Shown one piece after another: positions 8,261 to 15,773 of a DNA stretch of 33,300 nucleotides; positions within the stretch are counted from its first letter, which is position 1; each line of letters opens with the position of its first letter. Origin of the DNA: a virus (lineage: Duplodnaviria; Caudoviricetes); IMG/VR virus record IMGVR_UViG_3300020045_017536, positions 1-33,300 of that record. One strand, given 5' to 3'. A model generated the notes under the pieces. That model saw only the letters and a list, made by a program, of their open reading frames with translations. It was not told the origin of the DNA and did no database searches. A program made the translations under genes and the position numbers.

Positions 8261-8435
8261 GTCTTACACTCAGTGAAGCGGGAACCATGATCGTATGATC
8301 ATGACAGGCTGTTTATTTATGTCGGCTTGCGCTTGGAGCGTGCCAGCTGTGACACGGCCAGCCTCCCCGACAATGGAGCCGGCTTATCCTGCTGTCGTCC
8401 ATGCCAACCAGTTCCCGCCTCGCTGAGAGCAAGAC
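8261..8435 (-). ncRNA. Candidate ~175-nt structured (rod-like) RNA
   Basis: 8261-8285 pairs with 8411-8435 (21 of 25 positions Watson-Crick, plus 2 G:U on the minus strand). Inner stems TGTCGG/CCGACA (8320/8367) and GACAG/CTGTC. Confidence 0.5.
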
Positions 8436-8588
8436 GTGGAGGCAACCCGTATAGGCGTGTCGACCGCAGGGAACTTGGTCGTGGGCTGAGACATCTCACC
8501 ACTCACCTCCATCCGAATTATTAAAGTTCACGAATTTCCACCTTGATCACACGAATGTGTGTCGCATACGTTTGGACAGGAAGGGCAT

Positions 8589-8978
8589 TCAATCTTTGAA
8601 TTCTCCGACATACCATTGTTTGCCTTCAAACCTTATTGTCGATCTCCATCTATCATGGGCTTTATTCCAATGCACACCTCGGTATCCAGATTTATTTCTA
8701 TTAGGTAATCGCCTATTGATAGCATTCTGTGAAATCGTACAAAGCCGTAAATTCGATCGTTGGTTGTTCAGTCCATCCCGATCAACATGATCTACCATAT
8801 TTTCACCTCTCTTTAATCCAAGAATTTCCCGATGCATAAAAACACTTTCACCCATTTTTCCCTTATGGCGTATGGCATAATTTCCAGAACTACAACACCA
8901 TTTATATTTTGAGAGTTCTGGATAATCTTCATCGTCCACGAGTGTTTCTTTACCGTTATTGAGTGGAATGGTCTTCAT
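8589..8978 (-). pseudogene. HNH-AP2 homing endonuclease, C-terminally truncated
   Basis: MKTIPLNNGKETLVDDED...MHREIL...VDHVDRDGLNNQRSNLR...SGYRGVHW...WRSTI...YVGEFKD*. The AP2 helix (AARAY...GEFA.LN type) is missing. The ORF-track extension to 9209 runs through a promoter and leader. Confidence 0.8.
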
Positions 8979-8982
8979 AAAT

Positions 8983-9110
8983 ACAAGTGCCCCTGGACAG
9001 GTCTGATACTGTTCAGGTAGGAGAGCCGTGGCTCCAGGGGCAGGCTTGTTATAGCAAATGGCTTCCGACCTGAACAGACTAAGAGTAGCAGATTGAGCCA
9101 TAAAAATCAA
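8983..9110 (-). promoter_or_regulatory. Promoter plus interleaved-inverted-repeat (pseudoknot) leader of the HNH gene
   Basis: TTGATT-17bp-TACTCT with extended TG. Perfect 10-bp pairs at 9068-9077/9009-9018 and 9033-9042/8988-8997. Confidence 0.6.
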
Positions 9111-9147
9111 GTGGTTAGGGTTAACGCGGCTTGAAGGAGGGCTTGGT

Positions 9148-9390
9148 CTAACATAGGGATTGTACATAATCTCTGGCATCTTGTAGGTCTTGCCGCATCG
9201 TGTTGGCATCGTTCAACTTATCGCTCTCAATGGAATGAAAAAGGTGAAACTGCCAGCCAGTGAAAACTTTCTTTTCCCCCCTGAGAAAATAGGTAGGCCG
9301 GACCAGGCAATGACCAAATTTTTTCTCAGGATATTTCGTGTTGAATTCACTGAGAGTGAGAGCAGGCAGGATGTGGGAATTCGTGATCAT
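9148..9390 (-). CDS. Hypothetical protein
   Basis: TAATG coupling to the upstream gene. Confidence 0.55.
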   Translation of the reverse strand: MITNSHILPALTLSEFNTKYPEKKFGHCLVRPTYFLRGEKKVFTGWQFHLFHSIESDKLNDANTMRQDLQDARDYVQSLC

Positions 9391-9917
9391 TAGAAAGGTT
9401 TATTACAGCCATTCGGACAGCGGCAGGTCTTAGGGTCGTGCTCCACCATTCCGTTGAGTGCGGTAATCAGTCCTTCATGGTAACAGTCACATTTCTGCTT
9501 GCCGTCATTCATCGCACAGTGATGGGACTCGTCTTTCTCTATTGAGCGGACATTGGGTAGATCGAGTTCAGGATACGAGGCATCGCAGGCAGAACAGTTA
9601 TTACAGAGCGCAGGATCGTGGCTTTCTTCCTTTATAGAATGTTTTCGCATGTGAAAGGAAAGGCACTGGTCACAAGTAAGAGCAAGCTCATTCTCAATTT
9701 TTTGTTCTTCAGTAAATATCTCCTCCTTCACGTCTTCCTTATAGGAATACACCAGCGCCGCTTGATAGGGATGCTCATGGATGGCGATGAAGAAGGAGAG
9801 TGATTCAATCTGAAAGCCTGGATGCTCCTGTTCTAGGCGATTCAGGGCGGCCTTCACTGCACGGAAGAGGTCGCCTGGGTGCGTATACAAAAACGAAGAG
9901 GTCTCAAAGGTTTTCAT
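9390..9917 (-). CDS. Hypothetical protein with Cys/His-rich C-terminal half
   Basis: CDQC, HDPALCNNCSAC, CDCYH and HDPKTCRCPNGC. Leader CTAACCCTCTTCC-ATG. Confidence 0.7.
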   Translation of the reverse strand: MKTFETSSFLYTHPGDLFRAVKAALNRLEQEHPGFQIESLSFFIAIHEHPYQAALVYSYKEDVKEEIFTEEQKIENELALTCDQCLSFHMRKHSIKEESHDPALCNNCSACDASYPELDLPNVRSIEKDESHHCAMNDGKQKCDCYHEGLITALNGMVEHDPKTCRCPNGCNKPF

Positions 9918-9930
9918 GGAAGAGGGTTAG

Positions 9931-10395
9931 TTACGCATACCATTTAATTAAATCATCAAAAGCCTGACAGGTTTTATGATAGCCCAGCCGTTGAAGCTCA
10001 TTGACGAGTAAGGCGTCGGCATTGCAATGAGCGGCTTCGTGGTCGGGCATACCAGAGACGAGAGGGACTTCGGCAATCTTTTTCGCCAGGGCTTCATCGA
10101 AGATGTCGACATCCTTTACGTCGCTCCCTTTCCACACCGCGTGATAAATGACACGAGCATCTGTCGGATTGAGTGGTTCGGCCAGCGCGTCCGTCCCCAC
10201 CGCGTAGGTTGGCGTCTCCTCCTTCACTTCCTCTATGATTTTTAATTCCAGCCAGGTGACGAGATCGTGGGGCTGAAGGGCATATTGAACATGTATACGA
10301 TCTGAAGCTTTATAATTTACTTCATGGAGTTCATCAGTTTCAAACACATGGCCGGTCTTGTAGTGTAGAAAATCTTTTAAGAGTCTGTATTTCAT
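9931..10395 (-). CDS. Hypothetical phage protein
   Basis: MKYRLLKD N-terminus and C-terminal DHEAAHCNADALL...KWYA pattern. ATGA coupling. Confidence 0.7.
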   Translation of the reverse strand: MKYRLLKDFLHYKTGHVFETDELHEVNYKASDRIHVQYALQPHDLVTWLELKIIEEVKEETPTYAVGTDALAEPLNPTDARVIYHAVWKGSDVKDVDIFDEALAKKIAEVPLVSGMPDHEAAHCNADALLVNELQRLGYHKTCQAFDDLIKWYA

Positions 10396-10877
10396 AAGTC
10401 GAGGGTTAAATTCGATTGTACTGTATTGTGTACCCGTGCCCAGCTCTCAGAGAACTGGAGACTCGGATCAATCTGATCGCTCAAAACTTTTGTCTCTGAG
10501 GCTCCCCAGGAATGGTTATCATAACGGTGCAGTTCATCAGAGATTAAAGCATTACCAAAATAGAAGGCGTAGCCTAGAGGGGTCAGACACCATTTCAACT
10601 TATCATCAGAATGTGCGATTAAGCCCCAGTACTTCAGCTTCGTGCCATTCGTGTACTGGCTTCGTGTGGGCGAAAGTTCGGAGGTTTTGAACCAGTTGAT
10701 GGTCGAACCTTGCACATGCTTCACAATGATTCCAAGGAAGTCTAAGAGAGCTTTGTTAAAGCAATACTTGTAGATGATGACTTTTTGGCAACACTCGCCA
10801 CATCGTGAGCCGTTCAGACTACTTATGCGCGAGATTTGTTCGGGGGAGTAGGTCATGTGAGTTGGAGTTGTGGACAT
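10392..10877 (-). CDS. Hypothetical protein, possible zinc + winged-helix DNA binder
   Basis: CGECCQ and KLKYWGLI...WCLTPLGYAF. Confidence 0.6.
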   Translation of the reverse strand: MSTTPTHMTYSPEQISRISSLNGSRCGECCQKVIIYKYCFNKALLDFLGIIVKHVQGSTINWFKTSELSPTRSQYTNGTKLKYWGLIAHSDDKLKWCLTPLGYAFYFGNALISDELHRYDNHSWGASETKVLSDQIDPSLQFSESWARVHNTVQSNLTLDL

Positions 10878-11713
10878 TTTTCAGAAAGCAAGCGCATCAT
10901 GGCACCACGGTCTGGCCATGAAAGATAATTAAATTTTCCTTGTGTCCCATCACTAAAATAGAGTGTAATCAGGCCATTATATTTTCTAATGATAGGCAAT
11001 CCAAAGCTCGTCAAGGCATGATTGATCGATCCAAATCGCCGATAGAGGACTTGTGCCAACGACGCCCCACGATTCGATTGTGAGGGAAATTCCTGATTCA
11101 CACGAAGAAATTCAAAGGTACGACTTTTGAGTTGTTCTGGACAGGTCTCATGTTCATTACGAAATTCCATCGACTTGGGGATGAAGGCTTTCACGGGAAT
11201 CTTTGTTCTCATGGCGGCCATCTGTTCAGGCGTTCTGAGGCGAGTGAGCTGTCCACTCTCAATAATCTTTTTTTGATGCCCATAGGCCAGTTCATCGCTG
11301 ACTAAGCCAGTCCTCCGAGATAAGCCATAGGTTTCTTTATAGATTTTGGGCGTCAGTCCCGAGCATTTTTGCAGGTGGGCAAAGGCCAAGCGTTTGAGCC
11401 ACTGTCCACAGGCATGACATTGGACAAATTGACGATTCTCATCTTGTAGCAACACCCCTTGAAACCCATGCCCCTGCTCAGCCGCCGGCATCAGGGGGGT
11501 TTTCGCAATCCCAATATAGGCACGTCCTGTCTCACTCTCGGGATACGGATAGAGCTTATCAAGATAATCTTCTTTGTGGTCTTGAAAAAATGTGGACGTG
11601 ATTTTACTAATTTTTCGTGCACGACATTCGTCTGAACAATACCGACGATTGTGATGGGAATACTGGGTGACTTCAAATGGTTTGAGACAATGCAGACAAG
11701 TTTTTGAGGCCAT
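10853..11713 (-). CDS. Zinc-finger protein with MucR/Ros-like domain
   Basis: N-terminal CLHC...YCSDEC. Central VQCHACGQWLKRLAFAHLQKCSGLTPKIYKETYGLSRRTGLVS resembles the ROS/MucR motif. Confidence 0.6.
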   Translation of the reverse strand: MASKTCLHCLKPFEVTQYSHHNRRYCSDECRARKISKITSTFFQDHKEDYLDKLYPYPESETGRAYIGIAKTPLMPAAEQGHGFQGVLLQDENRQFVQCHACGQWLKRLAFAHLQKCSGLTPKIYKETYGLSRRTGLVSDELAYGHQKKIIESGQLTRLRTPEQMAAMRTKIPVKAFIPKSMEFRNEHETCPEQLKSRTFEFLRVNQEFPSQSNRGASLAQVLYRRFGSINHALTSFGLPIIRKYNGLITLYFSDGTQGKFNYLSWPDRGAMMRLLSEKCPQLQLT

Positions 11714-11741
11714 AGATGCGGAGGTTAGTATTCTTTCCTTG

Positions 11742-11866
11742 GAGCAGGGGGCAAATGGTGTGTTGCGATTGGACTATCCTTGGTCGGTTTTGTGCCAATG
11801 CCCTGTAGCGGGTTTTGCCAGAGGTAGCTTCTCTGGGGCTGTCTGAGTCGGATCAACCCCCTGCTC
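11742..11866 (-). ncRNA. Candidate 125-nt structured RNA or inverted-repeat-bounded element
   Basis: Perfect 10-bp closing stem GAGCAGGGGG/CCCCCTGCTC and inner hairpin CCAGAG/CTCTGG, filling an intergenic gap. Confidence 0.4.
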
Positions 11867-11878
11867 GAAAGAGAGATG

Positions 11879-12163
11879 TTAAGAGATAGGGTGAAAGAGA
11901 TACGGAATCCCAGTGCTGTTATAATAAAACTGGATATCCCCGTCATCCCAGTAGGTGACAGCATAGGATTCTTTCTTGGGGATTTTCAGCTGGTGGATGT
12001 GGGGGAAATTACTCTCATCTCCTTCCGTGACGCGTTGGAGAGTCAGAAATTTTGCTGTATCGGAGACGACGATAAAGTCCCCTTCATCACAGAGATTCCC
12101 TTCAGTAGGCTCATAGGTACAGTTGTAGCGAGTGTAGTGTGTAGCCATTTGTCGGACGGTCAT
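11879..12163 (-). CDS. Hypothetical protein
   Basis: TGATG coupling with the upstream gene. Confidence 0.6.
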   Translation of the reverse strand: MTVRQMATHYTRYNCTYEPTEGNLCDEGDFIVVSDTAKFLTLQRVTEGDESNFPHIHQLKIPKKESYAVTYWDDGDIQFYYNSTGIPYLFHPIS

Positions 12164-12342
12164 CAGAAGGGGGCGTTAGGGGGATTGCGGAAGGCTGAGA
12201 GTTCGGTATTGAGTTTGGCGATTTGTTGGGCTTGATCCAGGATAACCACACTGGCTTCTTTTAAGGATTGAGAGGACGCGTGGGCGTCGCACACATGGTG
12301 CGTCGCGGGGGACTCGCAGTACGTGCAAGAGATATCGGTCAT
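12163..12342 (-). CDS. Small zinc-binding/coiled-coil protein (59 aa)
   Basis: Hand translation MTDISCTYCESPATHHVCDAH...AQQIAKLNTELSAF, coupled to neighbours at both ends. Confidence 0.6.
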   Translation of the reverse strand: MTDISCTYCESPATHHVCDAHASSQSLKEASVVILDQAQQIAKLNTELSAFRNPPNAPF

Positions 12343-12797
12343 TCTTTGGCGGTTAGGGTGTCTTTAGGAGGAATGTCGAGACGGGCGGCGAGTAAACGTT
12401 TCGCCTGGGCATCCATTTGAGTGGCGAGATAATTTCCCGTCGTGCTAATCCGTTTCACGGCGGCTTTGAATTCCTCTACGGTCAAGGGGGCGTGGATCTC
12501 ATGGAGCACGAGGGAGGCGGCCGTGGTGTAGGCATTCTCACACAGAATCTGATAGGTCTTCAGCGGGTCTTCTTTTTGAAAACTGCCTTTCGGTTTATTG
12601 GCCGACATATACTCCCATCCCCCCTGGCAGTACTTTTCTCTCGGTTCGGCAGAGTCGGGATTCGTGCCCGGTTCCCCACAGCTCCAGAGGACTTTGCCTT
12701 TGTTATCGAGTTTCGAGAGGACATGACCTGGATGCTTCGCACAGGTGGGCGGGGCTTTGAGTTCCTCAGGCGTAAGGGCAAGCGTAGGGAGTGCCAT
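12339..12797 (-). CDS. Hypothetical protein with zinc-ribbon-like N-terminus
   Basis: PTCAKH...LWSC...YCQ. Leader TAACCCCCTTCTGT-ATG. Confidence 0.7.
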   Translation of the reverse strand: MALPTLALTPEELKAPPTCAKHPGHVLSKLDNKGKVLWSCGEPGTNPDSAEPREKYCQGGWEYMSANKPKGSFQKEDPLKTYQILCENAYTTAASLVLHEIHAPLTVEEFKAAVKRISTTGNYLATQMDAQAKRLLAARLDIPPKDTLTAKE

Positions 12798-12808
12798 ACA
12801 GAAGGGGG

Positions 12809-13060
12809 TTATTGGGAAGGTAAGAGATAATTTTCGGCTTCATCCACTTGCACATTCAGCTCATCCAACTGAGCCGTGAGGAGCATTTCATGTCGTTCTG
12901 TCATGGCGAGCGACTTCTGATAATCCGCCAGGTGCAGGTCGAGCTGGTCCAACTGTTCACGACAAATCTGATAGTGAGGATTGGACTCGTCCAGTTTCTC
13001 GATGTCGTCCTTCAGGCTCCGATACGTGTCAGCAATCATCTCGTAGGTCTCATTCGTCAT
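12809..13060 (-). CDS. Coiled-coil hypothetical protein
   Basis: Heptad-rich. Leader CTAACCCACTCCT-ATG. Confidence 0.65.
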   Translation of the reverse strand: MTNETYEMIADTYRSLKDDIEKLDESNPHYQICREQLDQLDLHLADYQKSLAMTERHEMLLTAQLDELNVQVDEAENYLLPSQ

Positions 13061-13069
13061 AGGAGTGGG

Positions 13070-13294
13070 TTAGGAAATCTTCGTGCCGGTGGTCATCTCA
13101 TAGACGGAGGACGGATGCCCAAGGACGCGCTGATAATCACAGGCGTCTTGTGAGGTGAACGCCCACACCGTGTCATGGCTATCATCTCGGGCAATCGCAT
13201 ACAACACTTTGGGATTGACCATGGCTTCCACGGGATCAAAGATGAGCCGATCTTTGAGGCGGTCGATTTCTTGGGAGAGGGTGTGGGAGGACAT
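13070..13294 (-). CDS. Hypothetical protein
   Basis: Start moved to ATG 13294 (leader TTAACCATACATCT) because the ATG at 13339 lies inside a promoter. Confidence 0.6.
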   Translation of the reverse strand: MSSHTLSQEIDRLKDRLIFDPVEAMVNPKVLYAIARDDSHDTVWAFTSQDACDYQRVLGHPSSVYEMTTGTKIS

Positions 13295-13319
13295 AGATGT
13301 ATGGTTAATGACTACCTGA

Positions 13320-13349
13320 AGTATATCATACCTGCTCATAGATTGTCAA
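13320..13349 (-). promoter_or_regulatory. Sigma70 promoter
   Basis: TTGACA-18bp-TATACT with extended TG. Confidence 0.7.
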
Positions 13350-13582
13350 GGACTTAACATGGGTTTCTTTTGCATCTCCTCCAGGTAGGCCTTCCAGCGC
13401 ATATGTGCCATTTCAATCAGGGCTTCGTTCACTTCCCAGCGGCCTTGCTTCGTCCCTTGTCCGGTCAAGAGGGGCTTGAGAAAGCCGCGCTGATGCCACT
13501 GGCGAATCCGATAGTGCGTAATCTTGTTCGCCTGACAGTAGGGTAAGGTATGGGCGCGGTCGAGGGGGATCATATCGTGCAT
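13346..13582 (-). CDS. MerR/excisionase-like HTH protein
   Basis: ITHYRIRQWHQRGFLKP...GRWEV. Confidence 0.5.
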   Translation of the reverse strand: MHDMIPLDRAHTLPYCQANKITHYRIRQWHQRGFLKPLLTGQGTKQGRWEVNEALIEMAHMRWKAYLEEMQKKPMLSP

Positions 13583-13585
13583 AGA

Positions 13586-13819
13586 TTAAATCGCGTTAAT
13601 GAGTGATTCGATATTCCGATAGGCTCTGAGATAGTCCTTGCCGCGCTCTGTCCAACGAAGGACAAATTGTGTCGCTGAGGTTTGAATGATGTTCACGATA
13701 TACTGTTTCTCTATCAGGGATTCTGCAATCTCCCAGCAATAGTCCATATCTTGAAGTGGATAGTTATGCAGCACCGCGTGCAAAAATCCTGCCTCTTCGA
13801 TGGTGAGGTCGTCATACAT
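13586..13819 (-). CDS. Hypothetical protein, winged-helix-like
   Basis: SLIEKQYI...LRWTERGKDYL. Confidence 0.55.
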   Translation of the reverse strand: MYDDLTIEEAGFLHAVLHNYPLQDMDYCWEIAESLIEKQYIVNIIQTSATQFVLRWTERGKDYLRAYRNIESLINAI

Positions 13820-14165
13820 CCTTCAAAAGATGAGGGTGCTCGTAGATATTCCCGATCACTTCAATCTGTTCTGGATGAAATTCTTGGATTTCAAAGCCTG
13901 GAGATTGAAAATCGTCAACACACTCTTTCCATTCCACGGCTTGCACATAGCCCCCTTCAACTGTACGAAGAAGATCCCCTTCGAAAATCTCTTTCCCGTT
14001 TTTATCCTTCATGCCAGTGTATTGCATAAGGACGTAAGCACGGGAGAGAAACTGAATAAATTCATTGAGATGCGCAGGGTCGTGAGGATCATCGAGTCCC
14101 GCCCCCACATCCGAATGCATTGTCTTATTGTGGATACTCCAAAATCGAAATTTGAGGGGTCTCAT
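13812..14165 (-). CDS. YopX-family protein
   Basis: MRPLKFRFW...LMQYTGMKDKNGKEIFEGDLL...EVIGNIYEHPHLL. Confidence 0.9.
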   Translation of the reverse strand: MRPLKFRFWSIHNKTMHSDVGAGLDDPHDPAHLNEFIQFLSRAYVLMQYTGMKDKNGKEIFEGDLLRTVEGGYVQAVEWKECVDDFQSPGFEIQEFHPEQIEVIGNIYEHPHLLKDV

Positions 14166-14434
14166 ATATTAAAGCGGTCAAAGAACAGTTGGAGAATGTT
14201 TGACGAGAGGGGGCGCGGGGCCATCGCATGTACCACCGGCACACGGGAGGCATTCGGAAACGTGAGCTGAACCTCGGTCATCTTTTGCACGGCCAGCCAT
14301 TTCATAAACGCAGTAATTTCAAACTTCACCAGGTGATTCTTTTTCATATAACCAGCGACATCGAGGACAATCTTTTGCGGGTAGGGAGCTTTCTGTTCTT
14401 TGCTCCACGGAGGAATATAGGGAGAGCCTTGCAT
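14162..14434 (-). CDS. Hypothetical protein
   Basis: First gene after a promoter. ATGA coupling to the YopX gene. Confidence 0.6.
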   Translation of the reverse strand: MQGSPYIPPWSKEQKAPYPQKIVLDVAGYMKKNHLVKFEITAFMKWLAVQKMTEVQLTFPNASRVPVVHAMAPRPLSSNILQLFFDRFNI

Positions 14435-14459
14435 ATGGATGTTTGTTAGTGTTGCCCTG

Positions 14460-14488
14460 AGTGTATCAAACTAGAAGTCAGTTGTCAA
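14460..14488 (-). promoter_or_regulatory. Sigma70 promoter
   Basis: TTGACA-17bp-TACACT with extended TG. Confidence 0.7.
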
Positions 14489-14676
14489 GAGGGTTCCACT
14501 TGTTTAGTTTGCACTGCTTTTCCTTTCAGCCAGTACCCATGACAGGTATCACAGACGAGGCTATAGCGTTTCGTGGCTCCTGGAATTTTAATCATCCAAT
14601 GCAACGCTTCGTCCCAGGTGAAGTCGAGAAAGGCTTCACGGGCGCACAAGGGACAGAGGGTGTGAAATTTAGGCAT
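14485..14676 (-). CDS. Small zinc-finger protein
   Basis: CPLC...CDTC. Confidence 0.6.
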   Translation of the reverse strand: MPKFHTLCPLCAREAFLDFTWDEALHWMIKIPGATKRYSLVCDTCHGYWLKGKAVQTKQVEPS

Positions 14677-14698
14677 GGCGTTGAAGGCTATGAATGGG

Positions 14699-14923
14699 CT
14701 AAGGATAGGCGAGCTTCGTGCGTTGCGTTTTACTCATCGTGAGGAGACACAACGCCACAAGTTCACAATAGGGATGCTGCTTCTCTTTCGCCCACTGCAC
14801 GCAAAATTCCACATCAGCATCTTTCACATTCCCATCATCGAGAACCACATGGAGACAACACCCACACTGATCTTTGAGTGGCTGACAGAGTAACCGGAGT
14901 TGTGGAACCGTGAGACGCTTCAT
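14699..14923 (-). CDS. Conserved phage hypothetical protein
   Basis: GCCLHVVLDDGNV...FC...HPYC...MSKTQR pattern. Confidence 0.7.
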   Translation of the reverse strand: MKRLTVPQLRLLCQPLKDQCGCCLHVVLDDGNVKDADVEFCVQWAKEKQHPYCELVALCLLTMSKTQRTKLAYP

Positions 14924-15195
14924 GCTGGGGGATCAATTAAATAAATGTTATCCGTTTCCTCGACACCTGTTTTTGGAAAGATCCAGGGGATCCCAGGTTG
15001 AGCACCCTCAGCAGTCAGACCAAATTCGTCGAGGGTCTTATAGGCCACCCATCCACTCAAAGCATTCGACATGCCAATTTGAATGTATTGACCTGCGGTA
15101 ATGTCGTCCCAGTGGAGATGGCGCATAAAGAGTGGGGGTTTAAAGATAGAATAGATGTGTATTTCAGCGTTCATAGCGTCATCAGCGTTAGGCAT
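14920..15195 (-). CDS. Hypothetical protein
   Basis: First ORF after the long leader. ATGA coupling to the next gene. Confidence 0.55.
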   Translation of the reverse strand: MPNADDAMNAEIHIYSIFKPPLFMRHLHWDDITAGQYIQIGMSNALSGWVAYKTLDEFGLTAEGAQPGIPWIFPKTGVEETDNIYLIDPPA

Positions 15196-15645
15196 GGGCT
15201 TTATTGGTTAGGATGTAGGAGTTGAACCACACCCCTATATGCAAAGGCTAGATCGTTTAGCTGATGGCACTCCCCCCTCCCCCTCAAACTAAGAGAGAAG
15301 AGAGAGTATCAATATGCAAGAGGTGAGTCGTTCCCTTCAAGCACACTTGATCCCCGGACTGCGTGTCCCTTTCCCCAGGCCTTACTACAAGGATCGTAGG
15401 CTGGTTGCCACCTGTCATTTCAGGATTTTTAAATAAGAAAAAGCGTTTAGTGCTTCCCAGAGAGGTTCCAAAGAATCAGTGCTAGGGACTTGCGTCACCG
15501 TCTGAGTGTAGGCACTAAACAAAAGCCCAGGTACGAGATGTGTGGTGCTGATGAGGTGAGTTGTCTCCCTCTCCATACACCCCGTACCAGGGCTTCAGGT
15601 CTCATCAGCATATCCATCATACTCTTCCTAGATATAAAATGTCAA
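15196..15645 (-). promoter_or_regulatory. Promoter and ~420-nt structured non-coding leader/control region
   Basis: TTGACA-18bp-TATGAT (15645-15616). Interleaved inverted repeats at 15601-15610/15546-15555 and 15573-15595/15523-15545, a further 9-bp stem at 15445/15512, and purine/pyrimidine tracts. Confidence 0.65.
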
Positions 15646-15773
15646 GACCTAAATAGCCCGAAGCACCTAGTCTTGTTGCCAGGCCGCCTCAGGCTAATCT
15701 TAAAAAGGTTCTCAGGGACTATAGCTCAGAACCTGAAATACCCCTAGGACGCGCCACAGCCCCGTATATGCAG

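Noticed and set aside
8979-9209. 77-aa N-terminal extension of the HNH ORF
   Set aside because: Runs through the promoter and structured leader. The paralogue at 2750 starts at the equivalent of MKTIPL.
11742-11866. tRNA gene (CCA-like end)
   Set aside because: No T-loop (GTTCRA) or D-arm consensus and wrong length. Kept only as a generic structured element.
15590-15610. CTGATGA hammerhead-ribozyme core on the minus strand
   Set aside because: No stem II or GAAA follows (GACCTGAAG). The sequence is better explained as arm A of the A:A' pairing.
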